Source of the DNA: a virus
Lineage: Duplodnaviria; Caudoviricetes
Virus record (IMG/VR): IMGVR_UViG_3300017766_002176
Span: 1-37,265 of that record
Direction: 5' to 3' (one strand)
Length of the DNA: 37,265 nucleotides
Below are positions 16,464-25,586 of the stretch, piece after piece; the first letter of the stretch is position 1; each line of letters opens with the position of its first letter. The notes under the pieces were generated by a model. That model did no database searches, was not told the origin of the DNA, and was given only the letters and a program-made list of their open reading frames with translations. Position numbers and translations under genes: made by a program.

Positions 16464-16993
16464 TTCAGGCCTTCCAGGCACTGGGCGCGTTCCTCGCGCC
16501 GGCGGTTGTCGAGACCACGGATAGCACACCTGCCCTTGTGGTCAACCGGGCCGATGCAGTCGCGCTTCGGGTTGCTGGCCTTCCCCTTGTTCCACATGAG
16601 GATGGCGTCGCAGGCCCCCGGAAGGTCGTCGGCCGTGATCCGCTTGTTGATGGTCGAGGTGCAGAAGGCGTAGGTGCCGATGTTGTAGCCGGTTCGCATG
16701 AAGGCCCGGAAGCTTTCCAGCGGGGGCTCGCGCGTCATGCAGGCGGCGATCCCGAGACCGTGGTTGAAGGCGTCCTGCTTGAGCAGCGTCATGCACTCGG
16801 CGTCCGTCCGGGTCTGGCCGAGGACGACATCCTTGCCGGTGTGGCCGTAGCAGGTAGTCAGGACGCCGACGTTGTCCACGTAGGTCTTGTTGCTCTTGCC
16901 TTCGTCGGCGGCGAGAGCGAATAGGACGGACCCAGCGCCGGAGATCGCGGCGAGGACCAGGCCGGCTTTACGAGCTTGGGAGAGAGGTTTCAT
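16460..16993 (-). CDS. Endolysin, GH24 phage lysozyme, probably SAR type
   Basis: E-x8-D-x5-T triad (DEGKSNKTYVDNVGVLTTCYGHTG); YNIG; RGLDNRRREE; Gly/Ala-rich N-terminal hydrophobic stretch. Confidence 0.92.
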   Translation of the reverse strand: MKPLSQARKAGLVLAAISGAGSVLFALAADEGKSNKTYVDNVGVLTTCYGHTGKDVVLGQTRTDAECMTLLKQDAFNHGLGIAACMTREPPLESFRAFMRTGYNIGTYAFCTSTINKRITADDLPGACDAILMWNKGKASNPKRDCIGPVDHKGRCAIRGLDNRRREERAQCLEGLK

Positions 16994-17237
16994 CTTGCGT
17001 CTCGACGGTCTGCTGGAGGGCGACGATCAGAGAAGCGCGGCGAGCGGCGCGCTGTCGAGCACGCAGGCGGCGGATGTGCTTCTGGACCGTCTTGCTCTCC
17101 CAGATCTGGATGATGTACCAGACCAGACCGGCGAGACCGGCGAGGGCCGGGAGATAGCCCATGAACGTAGCGACAATCGCGCCCGCGGACACGGCATCAC
17201 CAGCATACGAAAGGGCGCGTTCGTGGGGCGAAGTCAT
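16968..17237 (-). CDS. Holin (pinholin-like)
   Basis: Small membrane protein directly upstream of the endolysin; hydrophobic AGAIVATFMGYLPALAGLAGLVWYII followed by a basic tail. Confidence 0.72.
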   Translation of the reverse strand: MTSPHERALSYAGDAVSAGAIVATFMGYLPALAGLAGLVWYIIQIWESKTVQKHIRRLRARQRAARRASLIVALQQTVETQDETSLPSS

Positions 17238-17272
17238 AATGGTTCCTCTCTAGCACTCTCGACTGCGGATCG

Positions 17273-18520
17273 TCAACGCCGGCGGATGAACCAGACGGAG
17301 AATGGGGTCTCGGAAGCCGGCGGCGGAGTGGCTTCGTTGACCGTCATAGTCACGCCCTGGACCCGCAGAGTGTTCGCACCGGGGCCATTGGACACGTTCA
17401 CCAGGTCGCCGGCGACGACGGCGTCCGTGTTGGTGTTGTCGTAGAAGTGCCCGGTCGACCCGAAGGTGACGGCGACGGACTGCGTCCCATTCGCCCCGTT
17501 GATCCGGCTCCTGAACGTCGTCGTCCCGGAGCCGCTGGTGTGGTTGGTGATGTGGACGCCCATGTTCGATAGGTCGGCATCGAACGGCATCGGGGTCGGG
17601 TGTGGGGTCTCCGAGGTATCCGCCGCGGTCGGGAGCGCGCCGATGATCGGGAGGTACGAGGTGTTGACGGACCCAGGGCCGTTGTTGGCCGTCGCGACCT
17701 TCTGCCCCTTCAAGTCGTGCGACGAGGTGTCGCTGGTAAAGCGGCAGCGCGGCCCCCAGAAGTCGATGTTGCCACCGGACGACGCGACGATAGCCCAGCG
17801 GACGATGTCCCCGGCGGCGACCGTCACGGAATGCGTGGTGTCAGTAAAGAGACCCGTGGTCGATGCCGGCGCGGCGCACTCCAGCGTGCTGGAGGTCCCG
17901 TTGACCTGGAGCCTGGCATAGGTCGTCGTCGACTTCCCGTTGACCAGGACGACAACCCAGCGGGCGCTGTCGAACGTCCCGGCTGAGTACATCGTGATCT
18001 CGCTCTCGGTCGCGCCGCCATCCGTGGAGATCGAGTTGGTGAGCGGGTGATACGAGGTGCCGTTGATGTCGTTCCGGCTTCGGTCGTAGACGTTGCCGGT
18101 CCCGTAGTAGGTTACCGCGCCGCCGGTCGAGGGCTCGAACTGGAGCCCGAGACGCCGGTTTATCGTCAGCGTACCGCCGCCCGTGCTCGTCGTGATCTTC
18201 CCGTGGAACAGATCGCCAGCGGTGGCGGACACGGTATTCGTCGTGTCGGAGAGGAGGCCCGTGGTCGACGCGGGGATCGCTACGGTCAGGGCGGAGTTAC
18301 TGCCGTTATAATATAACAGCAGGTTCGACGTCGTTGACCTGGCGTTCGCCGAGACCTGACAGAACAGGCGCGAGAACACGCCATCCTTGGCGACCAGGGA
18401 GACGTCGGAACCCCAGCTGAACGCCTGGCCTAGGCCTTGGTCGAGCGGGAAGGTCTGCGAGGCGCTGTTGTCGGCCGAGCTATAGTTGAAGTACGCGCCG
18501 ACGAAGGACTTATTGGCCAC
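17273..18520 (-). CDS. Putative receptor-binding / fibre-tip protein made of three tandem ~135-aa beta domains
   Basis: Ser/Thr/Gly-rich; three copies of a PASTTG..(S/T)DTT..V..(A)GD-type motif, 405 and 402 nt apart; end of the tail module. Confidence 0.7.
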   Translation of the reverse strand: MANKSFVGAYFNYSSADNSASQTFPLDQGLGQAFSWGSDVSLVAKDGVFSRLFCQVSANARSTTSNLLLYYNGSNSALTVAIPASTTGLLSDTTNTVSATAGDLFHGKITTSTGGGTLTINRRLGLQFEPSTGGAVTYYGTGNVYDRSRNDINGTSYHPLTNSISTDGGATESEITMYSAGTFDSARWVVVLVNGKSTTTYARLQVNGTSSTLECAAPASTTGLFTDTTHSVTVAAGDIVRWAIVASSGGNIDFWGPRCRFTSDTSSHDLKGQKVATANNGPGSVNTSYLPIIGALPTAADTSETPHPTPMPFDADLSNMGVHITNHTSGSGTTTFRSRINGANGTQSVAVTFGSTGHFYDNTNTDAVVAGDLVNVSNGPGANTLRVQGVTMTVNEATPPPASETPFSVWFIRRR

Positions 18521-18848
18521 GGCTCACGCGAGCCCCGAGCAGCCAGTAGTTCTCCTCCAGGTGCTGGTCCACTTCCGCGGCCTTCGAGCCCGGCCGGTCG
18601 AGGACCGTGATGGTCCGGTCGAGCTCCAGATTGAACTGGACCCGCTCCGGCGTGGCGTCGAAGCCTCTCGCGTCGAGCGAAGCGCGGACCAGGGAGGCGC
18701 GCCGGTTATCGTTGTGGACGTCGACCGGGGTGCAGTCCCGGTGGATGGGACAGGCGCGCTCGAAGGTCGCGTTTGCGAGCTCCCCGTCCTCGGTGACGCC
18801 GTCGAATAGAATAGAACAGCCGCAGCCGTTGTCAGGTTGCCATTTCAT
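18510..18848 (-). CDS. Small Cys/His protein in the fibre cluster (possible fibre chaperone or connector)
   Basis: ATGA overlap with the upstream stop; WQPDNGCGC...RACPIH. Confidence 0.65.
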   Translation of the reverse strand: MKWQPDNGCGCSILFDGVTEDGELANATFERACPIHRDCTPVDVHNDNRRASLVRASLDARGFDATPERVQFNLELDRTITVLDRPGSKAAEVDQHLEENYWLLGARVSRGQ

Positions 18849-20149
18849 AGTCCAGTCCCCTTCAGTGTGATGGAGAGCCACCCGATGCTCTTTACATCGG
18901 CCGGAGCTCGGATGTTCAGGGTGTTCCCCTTGACGATAGTATATCCAGACGCGAACGAGAACGTCCCGTCGTTACTGCCGTTCGTGAACGTGACCGTCCC
19001 AATCGGCGTTGAACTGTCTTCGATGTCGAATACGACAGATGCAGTCGGCTGGTCAAGACAGTATGCCTGACTATCCGTGAGGCCAGACGGGAATAGAATG
19101 TCGGTGTCCAAGATGGCATAAGCCACGATGTCGGACACGCGAGGCGTACCGGACACGGCCAGGCCCACGGATACTGTCGGAGTGAAGAACTCCAGGGCCG
19201 TCGCGCCGGAGTTGACCCGGACGGGCTTGCTCCCAGCGCCGGTGTAGTTGGCGGGCGCGTCGGAGAGCCCAGTGAACGCGGTGACCAGGGTCGGGAAGGT
19301 CTGGAACTCCACGGCCGTCTCGCCGGCGTTGACGCGCAGGTACTTGAGGGCCGCGCCCGTGAAGGCCGCCGGAACGTCTGTCAGTCCGATGAAGGTCGCG
19401 GAGCCACCACCGGACGCCGCCGCCCAGGCAGGGTCAGCGCCGGCCCCATTGGTCTTCAGGAAGTAGCCGCTCGTGCCGGGAGACAGAGCCGCCCAGGCCG
19501 ACGCCCCGCGATAGAGGATCATGCCCTGCGCGGCGGACCCGACGAGGTCCAGGACGTCGGACAGGGTAAGCTCCTCGGCGTCGCCGGCACCGGCAGTCTT
19601 GCGGCCGAGGACCCGGGCCGTCGCGGAGACGTCCTGCATCTTGGCATAGGTGACCGCGCCGTTCGCGATGGTCGCCGCCGCGGCACCCGGGCCACTGGCA
19701 GTCACGTCGCCCGTCAGGCTAGTCACGGCCGAGCTCGTGTAGAACTCCAGGGCCGTCTCGCCGGCGTTGACCCGGACGTCCTTCAGAGCCTGGCCGGTGT
19801 AGCTGGCGGGGACGTCAGATAGGGCCGTGAAGGCGGTCACCAGGCTCGGGGGCGTCACGAACTCCAGGGCCGTCGCACCCGAGTTGACCCGGACGTACTT
19901 CAGCCCCGCGCCCGTGTAGCTGGCGGGGACGTCAGACAGGCCGGTGAAAGCCGTTGCCCCCGCAGCGCCGTTCACCTGTGTCCACCCAGCCGTGGCCGGG
20001 TCCCAAGCGTAGGTATCGCCCGTGTCCGTCTCCAGCCAGAAGTACAGCGGCGACGGCCCAGCCGCCGGGGTGGCGGGGGTCGGGGAGAAGGCGGCGCGGG
20101 CGGCAGCGTTACCGCTCGCGAGGAAATAGTTCAGTGCTGTGTCAGTCAT
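18845..20149 (-). CDS. Tail fibre protein (distal part) with four internal repeats
   Basis: Four FTGLSDVPASYTGAGLKYVRVNSGATALEF-type repeats; Gly/Ala/Thr-rich; beta-rich C-terminal domain. Confidence 0.82.
   Translation of the reverse strand: MTDTALNYFLASGNAAARAAFSPTPATPAAGPSPLYFWLETDTGDTYAWDPATAGWTQVNGAAGATAFTGLSDVPASYTGAGLKYVRVNSGATALEFVTPPSLVTAFTALSDVPASYTGQALKDVRVNAGETALEFYTSSAVTSLTGDVTASGPGAAAATIANGAVTYAKMQDVSATARVLGRKTAGAGDAEELTLSDVLDLVGSAAQGMILYRGASAWAALSPGTSGYFLKTNGAGADPAWAAASGGGSATFIGLTDVPAAFTGAALKYLRVNAGETAVEFQTFPTLVTAFTGLSDAPANYTGAGSKPVRVNSGATALEFFTPTVSVGLAVSGTPRVSDIVAYAILDTDILFPSGLTDSQAYCLDQPTASVVFDIEDSSTPIGTVTFTNGSNDGTFSFASGYTIVKGNTLNIRAPADVKSIGWLSITLKGTGL
19187..19950 (-). repeat. 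Four imperfect ~90-bp coding repeats in two pairs, each with 117-nt spacing
   Basis: GAACTCCA(G/C)GGCCGTC...GTTGAC recurs near 19187, 19304, 19742 and 19859. Confidence 0.8.
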
Positions 20150-20398
20150 GGGGAGTATGCCACCATTATCAGATGCCCGGCTCCGTCAGACACTAGCACA
20201 GGCGGTTCGGCTCCGGTAGTCACTGGGGCCCAGCCGCTGCCGGCGGCGTTGAGCGTGGTCCCGGACATGGACAGCCCGGTCCCGAGCGAGATCTCTTGGA
20301 CGACCCCGGACCCAGTCGAGCCCCGGCCAAGCAGCTTGGACGCGGCCGAGACGTTCTGCATCTTGGCATAGGTGACCGCGCCGTTCGCGATGGTCGCC
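19634..20398. repeat. 43-bp exact direct repeat (19634-19676 and 20356-20398) shared by two adjacent fibre genes
   Basis: CTGCATCTTGGCATAGGTGACCGCGCCGTTCGCGATGGTCGCC in both; homology resumes at GTCACGTCGCCCGT (19701 and 20423). Confidence 0.92.
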
Positions 20399-20613
20399 AC
20401 GGCAATCGGGTTGCCGATGGTCGTCACGTCGCCCGTGAGCTCCTGGATCGTCACCCCGGCGACATAGCTCTGCGTCGCGCCGCCGAAGACCCCGAGGGCG
20501 CGCAGGTTTATGAGCTCCGCGTTCCCTTTCCCGGGGGAGATACGCCCGACGACGTAGCCCGGGGGGATCGGCGTGCGGACGCCGCGGAGGCGGATGTTCG
20601 GGGTGGTAGCCAT
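20146..20613 (-). CDS. Short tail fibre protein (proximal/anchor part)
   Basis: Follows the large ejection protein; LTGDVT..TIANGAVTYAKMQ and QEISLGTGLSMSGTTL fibre motifs; ATGA overlap with the next gene. Confidence 0.75.
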   Translation of the reverse strand: MATTPNIRLRGVRTPIPPGYVVGRISPGKGNAELINLRALGVFGGATQSYVAGVTIQELTGDVTTIGNPIAVATIANGAVTYAKMQNVSAASKLLGRGSTGSGVVQEISLGTGLSMSGTTLNAAGSGWAPVTTGAEPPVLVSDGAGHLIMVAYSP

Positions 20614-23600
20614 TACGCCAACGGCACCTGGCCGGCGTTCTCAGCGACCGGCGGCGGGGCGGCCGGGAAGGTGCCCTCGGCCGGAGCTTCCTGATCGGGG
20701 ATCGGGACGTTCGGCTGCTCGGCGGCGGCCTTCATGTCCGCGCGGATCTGCTCCGTGACCTCGATCCCCATCTTGGCGGCGGCGATCATCTGCGGGTAGA
20801 TGTCGTCGACCAGCTGGCGCTTCTCGTCGGGGGTCAGGTCTTCGTTCGCGTTGATGCCTTGGACGGCGGCGGACATGGTCATGATCGCCTCCTTGATCGG
20901 CGTTACGGCCTGCGCATACTGCCCTGCCGCGGCCGTAAATTCAACGTCCTCAGTGTCGCCGGTGCCGCCCTGCGCGCGGCGCATCGCCAGCTGGAAGTCC
21001 TTCTGCTTCGTCTCCAGGGTCTTCATGCCGTCGAAGAAGTCCTGGATCGGCTGCGCGGACATGCCCGGGGTGCGAACCAGGAAGCTGCTGACGAACGGGG
21101 TGTCCTCCAACTCCCACGGCTTCTTGCTGTCCGAGTGCGGGAGATCCAGGGCCTGCAGCACGAGGCCGCCGATGGTCCCGGACCAGCCCTTGACCAGGTG
21201 GTCGACCTGGATGGGGGAGAAGTCGGCGATGTCGAGCCCGGGGGGCCCCATGGCGCGGGCGATAGCCTTGGCGGTCTCGCTCGTGGACGTGGTGTATTGC
21301 ATGTAGCCCGACGCCCCCTCCATGGACGCCGGCACGAGCGGCCGTCCGGTGAAGAAGTTGTGGTTCGAGATGATCTCCGCCGGCGTCTCGACTATAGCCG
21401 GAGCCAGGGGCGGGACGAAGTCGTTCAGGAAGGCCTTCGCCGTCTTGTCGAAAGCGTGCGGGTCCTTGGCCGCCAGGTGGTCGAGCACCCGGGTCACCAG
21501 GCCGCCGAAGATGAACCCCGGGCCCTGCGGATAGCGGAGCCGGAAGCGGTGGCCGCCGATGGACGGCGTGATGTAGAACGTGTCGCGCTGCCAGCGTGGG
21601 AGGTCGGAGTACCGCTCGCCCTCGGGGAGCTCCTGGTCCTGCAGCCAGTTCAGCATGTAGAGCCCGATGGTCGGCAGAGAGATGACGGCCGCGGCGTGGA
21701 GCGCCGTGTCGAGCGGCCGGGCTTTGACGGCCTCTCCGACTTGCTTCAGGCCCAGCAGGGCCGGCCGGAAGAAGGGCGTGATCTGGGCCATGCCATTCAC
21801 GATATTCGCGGTGCCGCGCTCGGCGAAGTCGAGGTAGGCCTTGCGCGCCATCGTGGCGGCCTTGATGCTCTCGATACCCTTGCCTTCCGCGTAGCTCATG
21901 TAGCCGAGCCGGGAGGCTGCGTCGATCCGCTCCGAGACGATCTGGGCGAACTCGACGGGATGCTTGACCACGTTTGCGACGTTGCCCCACACGCCGGTCT
22001 TCTCGAACAGGCTGTCGACGTCGCGCTTCAGGTAGTCGAGATCCATCTCGGCCAGGCTCGCGCCCAGACCGCCCTTCGCCATGAAGTCCTGGAAGACGTC
22101 GTCCTGCTTGAGGACGTGGAACAGGCCCTTGACCAGGGTCACGTAGGGCGGCGGGTGCAGGGGGTCGAGCACGAAGGCGGCGATCTGGTCGCGCAGGACG
22201 TTCCGCACGGGGAAGTCGGGCGTCAGGGTGATGCCGGCGCGCTGGAGGGCGGCGAAGCTCTCCGCCGTCTTCATGAAGATGTTCGCCTGCCCGGGGCTGT
22301 CAGCCTTGCGCAGGAGCTCCGCCAGCTGCGGGCTCTTGGTCGTCCACCGCTCGGGCTTGCCGTCGCGGAAGAAGATGAAGTCATTCGGCCCCCAGGCCTT
22401 GGTGGCACGCTCGGCGACGAGGGGTCCGTAGGCCTCCAGGTTCTCCGGCGTCGCCTCGATCCCGTAGGGCTTGAAGACATTCGACCCCGCCTCGGCGATG
22501 GTCTCCTTGGGGTCCCAGGCGATCCGCTTGACGTCTAGGTTCTCCAGCTGCCCGCGCTCCGCCATCCCGACCACATGGCCGATGGCCCGGTTCCGGTCAG
22601 CCATCTTGATCAGGACGCGCATGTTGTCGATGGACGCCTTGAGCGGGTCGACGATGGAGCGGTCGGAGCCCTCCATGGTGTGGATGGAGTTCCGCGGATT
22701 GAAGCCACGGCCGCGGGCGCTGAAGCTCGCGTCGTCGCCCATGATGCGGCGCATGGACACGTAGGTCGGGTTGTTCTTGACCATGGCGTCTACCTGGGCC
22801 TGGCTGAACATGCCCGAGCCCTTGGCGTAGTCGAGCGCACCGTTCATGGTGTCGGTGAAGATCTTCGAGGCGCGCTCGTACTTCCTGACCGCGGCCTTGT
22901 TCACCGCCAGGGAGAACGCGGCGCGGGGGTTCAGCCCGGTCTCCACGCCCTGCGCGGCCTTGTCGGTGGTGCGCTTGGCGAGCATCCATGCCAGCCAGCC
23001 GTCCATGTCGCCGCCGTCCTCCTTGAGGGCGCGGGCGGCCTTCATGAAGGAGGGGCTGTCCTTGATCACGTCCAGGGTGATCGGGTCCACCAGGCCGTGC
23101 TGCACGAACACGCTGGCGCGGGCGTCGGAGGCGTAGGTCTGGCGGAACATGTCCTCCGTTCCCAGCTGGGTGTTCCGGTCATATTCGCCGGCGCGGATCA
23201 GCTGGTCGTCGATCCGGCGGGCGGGCGTCAGTTCGCTGATCGACTGGGTGAGCAGGAGGTCCGGGTCAATCAGGCTCTTGGGCTTGGGGGCCTCGCCGAC
23301 GTTCCGCAGGATCTCCTCGGTCAGGGTGCGCTCGTCGGCCGTCTCCCAGAAGCCGGGCTTTCCGGGCTCGTCTGCGCCGCCGCCAGCCGCACCACCAGGA
23401 GGCCGACCGCCACCGCCGCCCTCGCCGCCACCGGCCTTGGTCTCGGGGACGTAGTTCGGGATCTTGAGTTGTCCACCGTCGCCACCTCCGGGCATTTCGC
23501 CGCCGGAGCGTCGCCGCCCGTTGGCCAGATATTTTTGCGTCTCCTTGGGGAGGAAGCTCTCGTCCCGCGCCGCCGGCTCGCTCTCGTAGCGGATGCCGCT

Positions 23601-25586
23601 GCGGACGTTCCTGTCCGGGATCGCCTTCAGGCGGGTGCCCTCGCCCTTCGTCATATACTGGCTCGCGCGGCCGGGGCCGGCATTGTAGGCGATGGCAATG
23701 GCCGTCATGTCGCCCGCGTAGCGGCGGTGGAGGTCAGCGACGATCTTGTCGTGGACCCGCTTATTCACGGCCGGGTCGAACAGGGTCGAGACGTCGAAGT
23801 CCTTGCCCATGTACTGGCGGGCGGTGCCAGGCATGATCTGGTGTTTGCCGATGGCCCCGACCGGCGACACGCTATCGTCGCGGGAGCCTTCGAGCTTCAC
23901 CAGGAGCTCACTCGCCTCCTGGGGGGTAACGGCGTACTTTGTAACAGCCGGCCGCGGGGTCACGTTCTTCATCTCGGTGACCAGGCTTTCGTCGATGTTG
24001 ACGCCAAGCCGGCTCTGGGCTTCCGCCTGGGACATCGCACCGCGAGTGGTTCCAGCCGGCGTAGCGGCAGAGAGCTCGTCGCGCCACTTCGCAGCGATGG
24101 CTTCCCAGACCACCGGATGCTCCTGGGCGACCCTAGAGAACTCCTGCTGCATACGGCGGAGCGCGAACTCTTTATCACCGCCCCGGCCTTCAATTGCGTC
24201 CGCGGCATTGTCCACCAGGGCCTGGATACGGCGGACGATCCGGTTGCCCGTGAGATCGTTCTCCGAAGCGAACTTCTGGGTAGCAACAGCAAGATCGTCG
24301 AGGGCGCGGACGTGGACAGCCGGGTCGAGCGAATTGATCGCTGACGCGATGTCACCGCCGCTTACAAACGATGCCGCCGCGTCGATGCTGCCAGCGTCGA
24401 TAGCTTCGTTTGCCGGATACGCTCCAGCTACAGCTTCCGGGGCCTTGGTGCTCGGCTTGAATGGGGCCGGAGGCTCGGCTCGGGCGGCCGGCTTGAACGG
24501 TTCCGGGTCCGCCAGGGCGGCGGCGCGGAAGTTCGGCGTCACGGGGTTGCCGTTCACGTCCTGGCTGAAGACCTCCTGGCGGAAGGCTGGGTCCTGCTTC
24601 GCGCGCGAGACGGCCTCCCACGGTGGGACCCCGGTCTCCACGTAGATCTTCTGGAGGTTGTACTGCACGCGGCGGGTCGCGTCGCGCGAGGCGGTGTAGC
24701 CCTTGCCGGTGGCGGCAGCGGCCGTGTGGAAGCCCAGCACCAGGATCGCGGCGGTGCCGAAGTCCTCGGCGTCCGGGACTTCCCCATCAAGCGCGCCGGC
24801 GACAGCGGTGCCGGTGACCGCCTGGGTCAGGGCGTCCGCACCCGCGGCGACGAATGGCTTCGCGCCCATCGCAGCGACCTTGCCGCCGACCGCACCGCCA
24901 ACTGGAGCGGAGACCGCGCCGATGACGCCTTGCTTCGCCGTGGCTTCCAAGTTGCCAATCGCGAGGGCCGCGGCGTCGCGCCAGCTGCGGACGTTGCCAT
25001 CCCGGACCTCGTAGGCGTCCAGGAGCCCCTGGCGCATCCCCTCTGGCAGAGCGGCCGATCCGAAGCCCGCGCCGCCCACAGCGAGGACTGGGACCGCTAT
25101 AGGGGCTGCTGGGCCGGTAGCCGCGCCCGCCGCGCTACCCGTCGCCGCGCCGCCGACAAAGCCGGCGATGGTAGCCGGAAGGTCGCCGACCATCTGGCCG
25201 CCGGCATAGAGCGCCTGGTTCAGGAGATCGGCGTCTTCTGGATGCAGAGCATCCGGTTTACGCCCGCTGCGCGAGAGATTGATCGAGAGCCCGGTGACGG
25301 ACATGTTGAACCCGGCGGCCAGGGCGTCGAGCGGACCCATCTTCTCGCCGCCCGCTGCGGCGCGATTGCCGGCAACCTGGCTTACGAGCCCGGGAGCCTT
25401 CGGATCGCCGATGCCCCAGTAGGAGTTGATCTCGCTCGGCTTGAAGCCCGCGACCTGGAGTGACCGGGTCTTCTGCGCGGTCCAGTCCGATAGCGCGGCG
25501 TCGTCGAAGCCCGCGGCCTTCAGGCGGTTGTACTCCGCCACGCCATCCGGGATCTTGTGCTCTGTCGCTAGGCCGCTGCCGCTCAT
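20613..25586 (-). CDS. Large internal virion (ejection) protein with SLT lytic transglycosylase domain and LPD38-like C-terminus
   Basis: 1657 aa; LEGS...GAIGKHQIMPGTA...AYNAGPG...PKETQKY; C-terminal SNHNFFTGRPLVP..SPIQVDHLVKG; third ejection gene position. Confidence 0.85.
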   Translation of the reverse strand: MSGSGLATEHKIPDGVAEYNRLKAAGFDDAALSDWTAQKTRSLQVAGFKPSEINSYWGIGDPKAPGLVSQVAGNRAAAGGEKMGPLDALAAGFNMSVTGLSINLSRSGRKPDALHPEDADLLNQALYAGGQMVGDLPATIAGFVGGAATGSAAGAATGPAAPIAVPVLAVGGAGFGSAALPEGMRQGLLDAYEVRDGNVRSWRDAAALAIGNLEATAKQGVIGAVSAPVGGAVGGKVAAMGAKPFVAAGADALTQAVTGTAVAGALDGEVPDAEDFGTAAILVLGFHTAAAATGKGYTASRDATRRVQYNLQKIYVETGVPPWEAVSRAKQDPAFRQEVFSQDVNGNPVTPNFRAAALADPEPFKPAARAEPPAPFKPSTKAPEAVAGAYPANEAIDAGSIDAAASFVSGGDIASAINSLDPAVHVRALDDLAVATQKFASENDLTGNRIVRRIQALVDNAADAIEGRGGDKEFALRRMQQEFSRVAQEHPVVWEAIAAKWRDELSAATPAGTTRGAMSQAEAQSRLGVNIDESLVTEMKNVTPRPAVTKYAVTPQEASELLVKLEGSRDDSVSPVGAIGKHQIMPGTARQYMGKDFDVSTLFDPAVNKRVHDKIVADLHRRYAGDMTAIAIAYNAGPGRASQYMTKGEGTRLKAIPDRNVRSGIRYESEPAARDESFLPKETQKYLANGRRRSGGEMPGGGDGGQLKIPNYVPETKAGGGEGGGGGRPPGGAAGGGADEPGKPGFWETADERTLTEEILRNVGEAPKPKSLIDPDLLLTQSISELTPARRIDDQLIRAGEYDRNTQLGTEDMFRQTYASDARASVFVQHGLVDPITLDVIKDSPSFMKAARALKEDGGDMDGWLAWMLAKRTTDKAAQGVETGLNPRAAFSLAVNKAAVRKYERASKIFTDTMNGALDYAKGSGMFSQAQVDAMVKNNPTYVSMRRIMGDDASFSARGRGFNPRNSIHTMEGSDRSIVDPLKASIDNMRVLIKMADRNRAIGHVVGMAERGQLENLDVKRIAWDPKETIAEAGSNVFKPYGIEATPENLEAYGPLVAERATKAWGPNDFIFFRDGKPERWTTKSPQLAELLRKADSPGQANIFMKTAESFAALQRAGITLTPDFPVRNVLRDQIAAFVLDPLHPPPYVTLVKGLFHVLKQDDVFQDFMAKGGLGASLAEMDLDYLKRDVDSLFEKTGVWGNVANVVKHPVEFAQIVSERIDAASRLGYMSYAEGKGIESIKAATMARKAYLDFAERGTANIVNGMAQITPFFRPALLGLKQVGEAVKARPLDTALHAAAVISLPTIGLYMLNWLQDQELPEGERYSDLPRWQRDTFYITPSIGGHRFRLRYPQGPGFIFGGLVTRVLDHLAAKDPHAFDKTAKAFLNDFVPPLAPAIVETPAEIISNHNFFTGRPLVPASMEGASGYMQYTTSTSETAKAIARAMGPPGLDIADFSPIQVDHLVKGWSGTIGGLVLQALDLPHSDSKKPWELEDTPFVSSFLVRTPGMSAQPIQDFFDGMKTLETKQKDFQLAMRRAQGGTGDTEDVEFTAAAGQYAQAVTPIKEAIMTMSAAVQGINANEDLTPDEKRQLVDDIYPQMIAAAKMGIEVTEQIRADMKAAAEQPNVPIPDQEAPAEGTFPAAPPPVAENAGQVPLA

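Noticed and set aside
17273-20613. Diversity-generating retroelement, suggested by the BPP-1-like late arm and repeated fibre sequence
   Set aside because: No reverse transcriptase in the window; both repeat copies are coding, internal and do not differ specifically at adenines
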